DNA of 44,384 nucleotides from Gammaproteobacteria bacterium (lineage in GTDB: Bacteria; Pseudomonadota; Gammaproteobacteria; SZUA-229). The notes beneath the pieces are model-generated. The model had not been told where the DNA came from. It ran no database searches and worked only from the letters and a program-made list of their open reading frames with translations. This document shows, piece by piece, positions 17,306 through 25,825 of this stretch. The DNA lies in assembly GCA_026197015.1 (NCBI GenBank), contig JAPHRB010000015.1, positions 1 to 44,384 of the forward strand, given 5' to 3'. The stretch's first letter is position 1; every line of letters begins with the position of its first letter. The position numbers were made by a program, and so were the translations under genes.

Positions 17306-18730
17306 CTACCACTTACCCGATTTAACCGCTAAACCTTGTGGCTCTTTGGGATTAAACCAGTCTAACTTTTCTTTTAATGAAACAACCTCGCCAACAATAA
17401 TTAAGGTAGGTGGCTCAAAAGTATGCGTTTCTAATGTTTCCTCTAATGTATCCAATGTGGCTATAACCGTTTTTTGATCGGGTGTTGTGCCCTTTTGTAC
17501 TAATGCAACCGGTGTGGTTGGTGGTAAACCATGACCCATCATTTCTTTACATAGCGTCGGTGCTCCATGTAAACCCATATAAAAAACAACGGTTTGATTA
17601 GGCTGTGCCAGTGCTGGCCAGTTCAAATCAACCGTACCGTCTTTTAAATGACCGGTTACAAAAACACAGGCCTGTGAATAATCACGATGCGTTAAAGGTA
17701 TACCTGCATATGCTGCGCAACCTGCTGCAGCGGTAATTCCCGGTACCACCTGAAATGGTATACCTTCCTGTGCGAGCAACTCTATTTCTTCACCACCTCG
17801 ACCAAAGATAAAGGGGTCTCCGCCTTTGAGTCGCAAAACACGTTTACCTTCTTTAGCTAAACGCACTAACAGCTCATTAATATTTTCCTGCTGCATTGTA
17901 TGTTTATCACGTGCTTTTCCAACGTAAATTAACTCCGCATCACGTCGAACCAGCTCTCGAATAGCAGGCGAAACTAGCCTGTCATAAACCATAACATCAC
18001 ATGACTGCATTAGACGCAGCGCACGGAAAGTTAATAAATCCGGATCACCAGGGCCGGCACCAACCAGATAAACTTCACCCTGATATTTAGGGTTAGGATC
18101 TGCAGCATCTATGGCTTTTTGTAACTCTTCAGCCGCTTCATCTTCATGACCGCTATATACCCGGTCAGCAACAGTGCTCTCTAATATCGATTCCCAGAAG
18201 GCACGACGCTGATCAACATTTGTAAATTTAGCTTTAACCTTTTCTCTAAAGTCTGACACTAGCGCACCTAGTCGACCATATGCTGCTGGAATACAGCCTT
18301 CTAGTTTTGTACGAATCATGCGCGCTAAAACAGGAGAAGCACCACCCGTAGATATAGCAATTTGCACCGGCGAGCGATCAACAATAGAAGGCGTAATGAA
18401 TGAGCAAAGCGACGGATCATCAACCACATTTACCGGAATACCACGTTCCTGAGCCAACTCTGAGGCCCGCTTATTTACCTCACGATTATCCGTTGCAGCA
18501 ATAACCAGCACCGGTTTTTCAATATCCGCATCTTCAAAATCACGAGCAATATGGATTAATTTACCTTCCTCATGCCAGCCCGCAAGCTCATGAGATAACT
18601 CGGGAGAGACAACCGTCACAACAGACTGGGCTTTTAGCAATAAAGACACTTTACGTGCTGCGACTTCGCCACCGCCAATAACAAGACAGGGTTTTTGTTT
18701 GATATCAAAGAATATGGGTAGAAAATCCAC
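17306..18730 (-). CDS. cysG: siroheme synthase (uroporphyrinogen-III C-methyltransferase / precorrin-2 dehydrogenase / ferrochelatase)
   Basis: N-terminal Rossmann motif CLVIGGGEVAARK, methyltransferase motifs VYLVGAGPGDPDLLT and LKGGDPFIFGRGGEE. 474 aa. GTG start. Confidence 0.95.
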   Translation of the reverse strand: MDFLPIFFDIKQKPCLVIGGGEVAARKVSLLLKAQSVVTVVSPELSHELAGWHEEGKLIHIARDFEDADIEKPVLVIAATDNREVNKRASELAQERGIPVNVVDDPSLCSFITPSIVDRSPVQIAISTGGASPVLARMIRTKLEGCIPAAYGRLGALVSDFREKVKAKFTNVDQRRAFWESILESTVADRVYSGHEDEAAEELQKAIDAADPNPKYQGEVYLVGAGPGDPDLLTFRALRLMQSCDVMVYDRLVSPAIRELVRRDAELIYVGKARDKHTMQQENINELLVRLAKEGKRVLRLKGGDPFIFGRGGEEIELLAQEGIPFQVVPGITAAAGCAAYAGIPLTHRDYSQACVFVTGHLKDGTVDLNWPALAQPNQTVVFYMGLHGAPTLCKEMMGHGLPPTTPVALVQKGTTPDQKTVIATLDTLEETLETHTFEPPTLIIVGEVVSLKEKLDWFNPKEPQGLAVKSGKW

Positions 18731-18851
18731 GTGGATCCCTTAAATTTGGAGTTAGCTGAGTATAGTAGTGATTCATGATGTTTGGGTCTATATCCCATTA
18801 GCTAGGGCTTTTATGTATACACAAAAGCCTGAAATACAGAAAAACTGCACT

Positions 18852-19109
18852 TTACTTATCTAATAAAGCCTCAAGTTTGCCTTTTTTATCCAAAGCAGCC
18901 AGATCATCAAAGCCGCCAACATGCACGTCTCCGATAAATATCTGCGGCACGGTATCGCGCTTACTTTCTTTCTTCATAACCGACCAGAGTTTTTTATTTA
19001 CGCCTACGTCAATAATTTGCATTTTTTTAACACCGTGTTTTTTTAATAAAATCTCGGCACGACGACAATAGGGACACGATCGTGTTCGGTATATGCGAAC
19101 CTTGTTCAT
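18852..19109 (-). CDS. grxC: glutaredoxin (Grx3-type, CPYC)
   Basis: RIYRTRSCPYCRRAEILL, TVPQIFIGDVHVGGFDDL. 85 aa. Confidence 0.9.
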   Translation of the reverse strand: MNKVRIYRTRSCPYCRRAEILLKKHGVKKMQIIDVGVNKKLWSVMKKESKRDTVPQIFIGDVHVGGFDDLAALDKKGKLEALLDK

Positions 19110-19153
19110 TATTCTGTCAAAGATCTATAGAAATTACTGGAAATCGAAGTTTA

Positions 19154-19945
19154 TCAGGTAACCACAAAACTTGCAGCTAATGTACCTATGACTAACGACC
19201 AGCCATCAACCAGTACAAATAACATCAGCTTAAAAGGTAATGAAATAATCAACGGCGACAACATCATCATACCCATTGCCATTAACACACTGGCCACAAC
19301 CAGATCGATAATGAGAAAAGGAATGAACAACATAAAACCTATTTGAAATGCCGTTTTTAACTCAGACGTTAAAAATGCGGGCATCAATACAGAAAATGGT
19401 ACTGATTCAGGGCCGTCATAACCATCAGCGCCAGACAGGTTAGCGAACAACTCAAGGTCTGTTTCCCTGGTTTGTTCAATCATAAATTTATGAAACGGTC
19501 GTTTAATACGGGCTATCGCCTCTTCAGCACCGATCTGTTCGGCAATATAAGGCTGGTAGGCATTTTCATAAGCCTGAGTAAAAACTGGCGACATAATAAA
19601 AAAGCTTAAAAATAACGATAAACCGATAAGTATTTGATTTGACGGTGTCTGAGCCGTACCCAATGCCTGGCGAAGTATAGATAACACGATAATAATGCGC
19701 GTAAACGATGTCATGGTCAATAAAAGTGCTGGCAATACAGACAGCACAGTCATAAACATTAATACCTGCAAAGAAATAGAGTATTCTTTGCCGCCTGATG
19801 CCGTGTCTTCAATAATTAAAGCGGGTAATGTAGGCTCGGCAATTACCCCGGCAGACACTAGAAAAAGAAACACGAACAACACTAAGTTAAACATACTTTT
19901 ACTCGATAACTTAATCATCGATGCATGAGATAAAGATAACATCAT
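19154..19945 (-). CDS. fliP: flagellar type III export gate protein FliP
   Basis: [54 protein letters not shown] is the hallmark FliP core. ATGA overlap with fliO. The N-terminus may start at a later Met. Confidence 0.95.
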   Translation of the reverse strand: MMLSLSHASMIKLSSKSMFNLVLFVFLFLVSAGVIAEPTLPALIIEDTASGGKEYSISLQVLMFMTVLSVLPALLLTMTSFTRIIIVLSILRQALGTAQTPSNQILIGLSLFLSFFIMSPVFTQAYENAYQPYIAEQIGAEEAIARIKRPFHKFMIEQTRETDLELFANLSGADGYDGPESVPFSVLMPAFLTSELKTAFQIGFMLFIPFLIIDLVVASVLMAMGMMMLSPLIISLPFKLMLFVLVDGWSLVIGTLAASFVVT

Positions 19946-20457
19946 TGCCTGTTTTCCATGACTTCTTCTAGCTTCGTCTCAAAAGAATCTTCTGCAACAG
20001 AACTTACAGCGTTATCGCCCAGGACATATAATGTCTGAATATGTCCTGGCGTAACCCCTACTAGTAAACGTTTATTTTCAATCTCTATTAATATGGCTTT
20101 TTCCCTGGTTCCTAACGACAGGCCTCCAAGCACTTTCATATCAACCTGATTATTATTTGGTAATCGCCCGTATTTTTTTAAAATCCAGGCCAACCCTAAA
20201 ATAAGCGCAATAACGACTACTAATCCCATCGCCATATTCAGCACACCCATCATTGAAAAAGCTTCAGCTGTCTCTGGTTTAACAATGGTTTCTGATTTAG
20301 AAAAGGCCACCATGGGATAACCACTTATAAGTAATACTGAATAAGAAATAATCTTTTTAGTAAGCAGGCTAAAAATGTTATTAGATCTTATTTTTAAGAA
20401 CATACTTTTTATATTACTTATTATCGAGTTATAGAAATTTTTATTTAGCTGCAACAC
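19942..20457 (-). CDS. fliO: flagellar biosynthesis protein FliO
   Basis: Positioned between fliN and fliP. Single [20 protein letters not shown], followed by [31 protein letters not shown]. The track start is GTG and the true start may be internal. Confidence 0.75.
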   Translation of the reverse strand: MLQLNKNFYNSIISNIKSMFLKIRSNNIFSLLTKKIISYSVLLISGYPMVAFSKSETIVKPETAEAFSMMGVLNMAMGLVVVIALILGLAWILKKYGRLPNNNQVDMKVLGGLSLGTREKAILIEIENKRLLVGVTPGHIQTLYVLGDNAVSSVAEDSFETKLEEVMENRQ

Positions 20458-20471
20458 AAATTACTCACTAA

Positions 20472-20873
20472 TTATTTCAGTTTTTTAACGCGCTCGGCAG
20501 GGCTAATAATATCCGTTAAACGAATACCGAATTTTTCATTTACAACCACAACCTCTCCCCGCGCGATTAAGGTGCCATTTACCAGAACATCCATAGGTTC
20601 ACCCGCAAGACGCTCCAGTTCAACAACGGAACCCTGATTTAATTGCAGTAAATTTCTTATACTTATTTTAGTACGTCCAATTTCCATCGATAAATTAACC
20701 GGTATATCAAGCACCACGTCCAGATTGACATCTGAGCCCGGTATACTTGAATCGTTTAACTCATCAAAACTGGCTGCACTAGCAGCAGCACCTGCATCTG
20801 CTGCTTCTGATTCGGCCTGCTCATTTAGCGCATCAGCCCATGGATCTTCTTCAGTATTTTCTTCATCACTCAT
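20472..20873 (-). CDS. fliN: flagellar motor switch protein FliN
   Basis: Acidic N-terminus, then the SpoA domain: LDVVLDIPVNLSMEIGRTKISIRNLLQLNQGSVVELERLAGEPMDVLVNG. Confidence 0.92.
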   Translation of the reverse strand: MSDEENTEEDPWADALNEQAESEAADAGAAASAASFDELNDSSIPGSDVNLDVVLDIPVNLSMEIGRTKISIRNLLQLNQGSVVELERLAGEPMDVLVNGTLIARGEVVVVNEKFGIRLTDIISPAERVKKLK

Positions 20874-20883
20874 GGCTTTATTC

Positions 20884-21891
20884 TCAATTTTCTTCGCTTT
20901 CTGAAATAAAATTTAAATTCGGGCGAGACACACGTTCGTTAACTTTGACGGCCGCATTGCCTCTGGACACACCCAGGGAACACCTGAACATCGGAATTTC
21001 TTCTGCTTCTAAGACTACCTGCTCAGGCATATCAAAGGGAATAACATCACCAACTTTTAAGTCGTTAATCTCAGATAAGTTAATTTCTATTTCTGTCATT
21101 AGACTTCTAACTTCAACCTTCGATTCAAATATTTCATCGCGTAATGATAATCGCCATCGGTCATCAATTTCCGACATATCTGATTGAACACCCGCGTCTA
21201 ACAGATCACGAATTGGTTCAACCATCGAGTAAGGAAAAGTGACATGCAAGTCCCCCCCACCGCCTTCAAGATCAACACGAAAAGTACTCACTACAACCAC
21301 TTCAGTCGGGCTAACAATATTAGCTAAATGAGGATTAACCTCAGACGATTGATACTCAAACTTCAAAGGTTTGATTGGCTTCCAGGCATCCTCCAGATCT
21401 TTAAAAATCTGTTCCAGTAATATACTAATGACGCGCTGTTCGGTAGGGGTGAATTCTCGACCTTCAATTTTGTTATAAAAACGCCCCTCGCCGCCGAAAT
21501 AATTATCTACAACAATAAATACCAGCTTGGGATCAATAACAAATAAAGCCGTACCTTTTAGCGGATCTACTTTAATCATATTTAAACTGGTGGGAACGTA
21601 AAGACTATGTACATACTCGGCAAATTTCATCATCTGCACACCACCCACAGATATTTCAGCCTGGCGACGTAACATATTAAACATGCTTACCCGAAAATTA
21701 CGTGCAAAACGCTCATTAAGCATTTCCAGGGTGGGCAATCGCCCACGTACTATTCGCTCCTGAGAATTAAAATCAAAAGACCTGGCAGATCCATCATGAA
21801 GGTCATCGTCTTCTGTTTCGACATCACCATCATCTACCCCGTGTAACAGGGCATCAATCTCGTCTTGACTTAAAACATCTGCAGTTGCCAT
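20884..21891 (-). CDS. fliM: flagellar motor switch protein FliM
   Basis: N-terminal CheY-P-binding motif LSQDEIDALL. 335 aa. FliM middle domain and C-terminal SpoA domain. Confidence 0.95.
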   Translation of the reverse strand: MATADVLSQDEIDALLHGVDDGDVETEDDDLHDGSARSFDFNSQERIVRGRLPTLEMLNERFARNFRVSMFNMLRRQAEISVGGVQMMKFAEYVHSLYVPTSLNMIKVDPLKGTALFVIDPKLVFIVVDNYFGGEGRFYNKIEGREFTPTEQRVISILLEQIFKDLEDAWKPIKPLKFEYQSSEVNPHLANIVSPTEVVVVSTFRVDLEGGGGDLHVTFPYSMVEPIRDLLDAGVQSDMSEIDDRWRLSLRDEIFESKVEVRSLMTEIEINLSEINDLKVGDVIPFDMPEQVVLEAEEIPMFRCSLGVSRGNAAVKVNERVSRPNLNFISESEEN

Positions 21892-21953
21892 AATTTTTCT
21901 TCAATTAAAATATCAAAAATTTAAATCTATTTTCTGTGTAATGATTCAGGTTG

Positions 21954-22042
21954 CCCCAGAAATGCGCCAGATCAAGGCGGGAAATGTAAGCTTACAAGTG
22001 TAAGTGTCCATTTCCCAACGAAGAGCTGGTGCATTTATGGGG
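21954..22042. repeat. GC-rich 89-nt rod-like inverted-repeat element inside the fliL-fliM intergenic gap
   Basis: Outer arms ccccagaaatgcgccag (21954..21970) and ctggtgcatttatgggg (22026..22042) pair at 15 of 17 positions. Inner arms gggaaatg (21979..21986) and catttccc (22009..22016) pair at 8 of 8. Apical arms are cttaca/tgtaag. Confidence 0.6.
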
Positions 22043-22059
22043 TAAGCTGGGTCATTACC

Positions 22060-22596
22060 CTATTGCATTACGAAACTGGTGAAGTATAGTGCTTCTATTG
22101 AACTTGCTGCACCAACATTTTTCAGTACATCCTGCATCACCTGTATCGCTTCCTGACTTAAAGCTCGCTTACCTTCACGGGTATTAATCTCGTGATACTG
22201 TTTACCACCTAATAATAATAACAACTCATTACGCACCGCAGGCATATGTGCTTTTAATGCTGATTCAACTGATGAATCATAAGTCATAATCTGTATATCA
22301 ACCTGCAAAAAAGAAACCTGTTCCTGATTTTCAAAATTTACAACAAATGCCGGGTGTAATGGAACATAAATAGGGGTGCCTTTTGATTTCTGGCCGTTGG
22401 CGCCTTCAACAGACTCAGCATCTTCCAGTACTTCCATATCTGCTGCACTATCAGACTCTTCTTCTCCACCCATAAACATGAAAACGCCCACGCCAATACC
22501 AATGAGCAATACTAAGCCGTTTACGAGCAATATAACTTTCATCATACCGCCTTTCTTTTCTTCTCCAGCTTCCTGATTTTCTTCTTCGTCAGCCAT
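22060..22596 (-). CDS. fliL: flagellar basal-body-associated protein FliL
   Basis: Single TM VILLVNGLVLLIGIGVGVFMF, then a FliL domain (YVPLHPAFVVNF...LLLLL...). I moved the start to the ATG at 22596 (MADEEEN...). It has an SD GGGGA 6 nt upstream, and a sigma-54 promoter occupies the extended track ORF (to 22653). Confidence 0.85.
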   Translation of the reverse strand: MADEEENQEAGEEKKGGMMKVILLVNGLVLLIGIGVGVFMFMGGEEESDSAADMEVLEDAESVEGANGQKSKGTPIYVPLHPAFVVNFENQEQVSFLQVDIQIMTYDSSVESALKAHMPAVRNELLLLLGGKQYHEINTREGKRALSQEAIQVMQDVLKNVGAASSIEALYFTSFVMQ

Positions 22597-22626
22597 TAAG
22601 CTTCCCCTATAGGTTATTGTCATAAA

Positions 22627-22642
22627 TGCAAAGAACGTGCCG
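22627..22642 (-). promoter_or_regulatory. sigma-54 (RpoN) -24/-12 promoter of the fliL operon
   Basis: The minus strand reads cGGCACGttctTTGCAt, against the consensus TGGCACG-N4-TTGCW, with exact GG-N10-GC spacing. It lies about 30 nt upstream of the fliL ATG. Confidence 0.7.
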
Positions 22643-22933
22643 CTATTAATCAAAATCTTACCGAATCGATCTAGCTGCCAATCTCATCGAGAAATAAATA
22701 CACGTTACCTCTTGTTAAGCATAGTATTAATTCATTTAATTTCAATAAGATAGATGATAAACGTAGTATAAAGTAACTATATATAAAATTGAGTATAAAA
22801 ATGCAATTTTTGATCTAAAGCGCTAAACTAATGACCAAATAAATAAGTTTATATAGCTTCAGTTCGTCATACAATTGGCCGATATATAGTGGAATAGTCA
22901 GAAATTTGCCAAAAAACTGTCACCCGAAAATTT

Positions 22934-24334
22934 ATGATAAACATACCCCCAATAAAACAGAGTTCAGCCGTAAAACCAGAGCTCATTCCTGATATTACTA
23001 AATCATGGAAGGTAGGACAGGTACTTAATGCAACCACGCAACAGGGGGGTGAAGCCTTATCAAAGGTTTTAATACGTGTTGGCCAACACACCATAGAAGC
23101 TAAAACACCTGTTACACTTCAAAACGGTCAGGAAATAAAGCTACAGGTGAAATCTTTAACTGATAATCAATCTACTAACTCAGTACTTAAACTGCCCCTG
23201 CTTAGTATCATTGAGACCTCACCCGTTGTAAGTGATTCAAACAAGCTGGCAGCGCTTAAATTACGACAGTTTATAGCCATACAACAATCTTTTAGTCAGT
23301 TACAACAACTTGCAAATGAGCTAACCAGTAACAAAACCAATACCGATAAACTACCCGAAACGCTAAAAAACTTAATAGGTAACCTGCAAAACACGCTTCA
23401 ACTCAGCAGCAAAGGTATAAGCCCCGCCCAGTTAAAACAACAGATATTAAACAGTGGTGTATTTTTAGAGTCGAAATTGCTACAGCCGCAAACATCTGCA
23501 ACTGAAAAGAGTTTTATAAATGATTTTAAATTCCAGCTTCTGGCAATTAAGGCTGAATTATCCGGGATATCACCCGCTAATGAACCGGCAACAAAACAAC
23601 CATTAACACCACAACAATTAAATCAACTACAAACCCTTATTAAGGAATACGCGAGCCGACCCGGACACGCACAACTAGTCGAATTAACCGATAAACTATT
23701 AACACTTCTGCCAAAAACTTCGATTACACAAATTATCAGCTTACTTGGAGGAAAAACAACTGAGCTTGTTACATTGAATGAAGTTCAGTCATTGGCCAAA
23801 CTCATAATAAAAACTTCACAACAGCATGGCCTTCAACTAAGTCAGCAAGTACAAGAGTTATTGCAATACCGTTTAATGTTGCTCGATTTAAATCTGCAAG
23901 TTGAACAGGCCATTAGTAAAATAACAAGTATGCAGTTGCAGCCTATGAGTCGTGAAGGCGACAATATGGTATTATTATTATTCAACCTGGTATTTAAAGA
24001 CAATAATGAACGTTTTGACATTGACTTTAGAATTCAACAGGAAAATGAAAGCGCTGAAAACAATGCAGATAACTGGTCTGTCACTCTGACTTTCAACTTT
24101 AGAACACTTGGAAAGGTGCAGTCTATAATTCATTTAAATGGTAATCAGGTTTCCAGTGTATTCCATACCGAACTCAAAGCAACCGCTGATAAAATAAAAC
24201 AACTTCTACCTCTGCTTGAAGCTGCACTTAAAAAAACAGGTTTGAATCTTGTTAATTTAAGCGTTGACAACACGTTGCTTAATAACAGGCCTTTTGTTAG
24301 TGATCAGGTCAACCTGCTGGATGAAAAAGCATGA
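22934..24334 (+). CDS. fliK: flagellar hook-length control protein FliK
   Basis: Q/L/T-rich low-complexity N-terminal part. C-terminal Flg_hook-like domain (MQLQPMSREGDNMVLLLFNL...VTLTFNFRTLGKVQSIIHLNGNQVSSVFHTE...AALKKTGLNLVNLSV). Flagellar context. Confidence 0.75.
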   Translation: MINIPPIKQSSAVKPELIPDITKSWKVGQVLNATTQQGGEALSKVLIRVGQHTIEAKTPVTLQNGQEIKLQVKSLTDNQSTNSVLKLPLLSIIETSPVVSDSNKLAALKLRQFIAIQQSFSQLQQLANELTSNKTNTDKLPETLKNLIGNLQNTLQLSSKGISPAQLKQQILNSGVFLESKLLQPQTSATEKSFINDFKFQLLAIKAELSGISPANEPATKQPLTPQQLNQLQTLIKEYASRPGHAQLVELTDKLLTLLPKTSITQIISLLGGKTTELVTLNEVQSLAKLIIKTSQQHGLQLSQQVQELLQYRLMLLDLNLQVEQAISKITSMQLQPMSREGDNMVLLLFNLVFKDNNERFDIDFRIQQENESAENNADNWSVTLTFNFRTLGKVQSIIHLNGNQVSSVFHTELKATADKIKQLLPLLEAALKKTGLNLVNLSVDNTLLNNRPFVSDQVNLLDEKA

Positions 24335-24606
24335 AGCAATCTACACCTATTGCTGTTGCATTAGAGTTTGACGGTGAAAATACACCTGTTGTAAATGCAC
24401 GTGGTATCGGGCCAATTGCAGACAAGATAATAGAAATAGCTAAACAACACGGCGTTCCCTTGCAGCAAGATAATGAACTGGTTGAAATTCTATCTGATTT
24501 AAGCCTGGGGGATGAAATACCTGAGGACCTATATCGCGTTATTGCTGAAATCATTGCATTTGCTTATATCTTAAGTGGCAAGTTCCCAAAAAACTGGAGC
24601 CAGTAA
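24331..24606 (+). CDS. FlhB C-terminal-domain-only paralogue (EscU/YscU/FlhB switch-domain family, YlqH/FlhX-like)
   Basis: IAVALEFDGENTPVVNARGIGPIADKIIEIAKQHGVPLQQDNELVEILSDLSLGDEIPEDLYRVIAEIIAFAY aligns by eye with Salmonella FlhB residues after NPTH (YAVALQY...KGAG..A.RIRE.A.EH.IPL...LY.AVAEVLAWVY). ATGA overlap with the fliK stop. Confidence 0.8.
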   Translation: MKQSTPIAVALEFDGENTPVVNARGIGPIADKIIEIAKQHGVPLQQDNELVEILSDLSLGDEIPEDLYRVIAEIIAFAYILSGKFPKNWSQ

Positions 24607-24646
24607 AACACTCCATGTTTCACATAATAGTGCAATCACAAGCAAC

Positions 24647-25807
24647 ATGAAAAAACCAACACCAGGAAACGAATCAGGTTTACTACCACGGCTTCATGAA
24701 TGGGCTAGTGAGGAGATATTTTTTTCTGGAGACGAATACTTTAACGACCTGATTAATGCTTTAAATCATGCAAAAAAATCGATTGAAATTGAATGTTATA
24801 TATTTTATCAGGATGCTTTAGGTAAAAAAATCATAACAGCATTAATAGAAGCTGCTAAAAAAGACGTACAAATACATTTAATTATAGATGGCCATGGATC
24901 CCTTAACTGGAATAAACAACAGTTATTAAAATTAAAAAATAGCGGCATTAAAGTAAAAATATTTCACCCCTTGCCCTGGCGATTATCTTTATATAATAAA
25001 TCAACAAGACCAAAGAACTTTATAAATAAATTTATCTACCTGGCATCACGTATAAACAAACGTGATCACAGAAAACTTTATATTGTCGACAAAACTTACG
25101 CCTGGAGCGGCAGCTTGAATATAGCTGACTCACATCTTAAACAATTTAATATAAATAGTGAATGGTTTGATTGCGGCGTGAAAGTAACAGGTGAATCTGT
25201 GCTTGAATTGTCAGACAATTTCTATGGAATATTTAAACGAAGAATTAACTACCCTAATGAAAACACGCATTTGCCATTTAGAACCAATGACAACATCATC
25301 CGCCGACAGCATAAAAACAATGAATTTGTTAAGCTTATTCAGACTTGCAAAAAAAGAGTCTGGATAATCAGCGCTTACTTCGCACCATCCAGAAAAATTG
25401 TCAATGCTTTAAAACAGGCTCGTTTAAATAATGTTGATGTAAAACTGATTATCTCCCGTAATTCAGACATTATTTTTTTCCCGCTAATAAGCACCACATA
25501 TTTTTCCGAACTACTTGAAGCAGGCATTGAAATTTACGTACATAATAAATATATAATTCATGCGAAAACAGTTCTAATAGATGATATAGCTTTTGTAGGC
25601 AGCTCAAACCTTAACCATCGAAGCTTTTTACATGACCTTGAACTGGATATAATTTTGAGCCACAAAACAAGCCTGCAAAAACTAGTCAATGAATCAATAC
25701 TACTTATGAACGACTCTGATAAAGTTAATCTGTCAAAACTAACTAAACTGGCCTGGTATTACCGCATTATGGGAAAAATTATCTGGCGAATTCGCTACTG
25801 GCTTTAA
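24647..25807 (+). CDS. clsB: phospholipase D-family protein, ClsB-like cardiolipin synthase (two HKD motifs, no TM)
   Basis: HKD1 is HRKLYIVDKTYAWSGSLNIADSH. HKD2 is IHAKTVLIDDIAFVGSSNLNHRSF. The track ORF starts at GTG 24575 and overlaps the previous gene, so I prefer ATG 24647 (start uncertain). Confidence 0.82.
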   Translation: MKKPTPGNESGLLPRLHEWASEEIFFSGDEYFNDLINALNHAKKSIEIECYIFYQDALGKKIITALIEAAKKDVQIHLIIDGHGSLNWNKQQLLKLKNSGIKVKIFHPLPWRLSLYNKSTRPKNFINKFIYLASRINKRDHRKLYIVDKTYAWSGSLNIADSHLKQFNINSEWFDCGVKVTGESVLELSDNFYGIFKRRINYPNENTHLPFRTNDNIIRRQHKNNEFVKLIQTCKKRVWIISAYFAPSRKIVNALKQARLNNVDVKLIISRNSDIIFFPLISTTYFSELLEAGIEIYVHNKYIIHAKTVLIDDIAFVGSSNLNHRSFLHDLELDIILSHKTSLQKLVNESILLMNDSDKVNLSKLTKLAWYYRIMGKIIWRIRYWL

Positions 25808-25825
25808 AGGCTGCTTCTTAAACTC

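Noticed and set aside
17166-17477. 103-aa plus-strand ORF overlapping the 3' end of cysG
   Set aside because: It is antisense to a well-supported cysG coding region and has no recognisable motif.
22878-22885. GCCGATAT, resembling the sigma-28 (FliA) -10 element GCCGATAA, about 50 nt upstream of fliK
   Set aside because: The position where the -35 TAAAGTTT should lie (19 nt upstream) reads tcagttcg, only 3 of 8 matches. A lone -10-like octamer is not sufficient.
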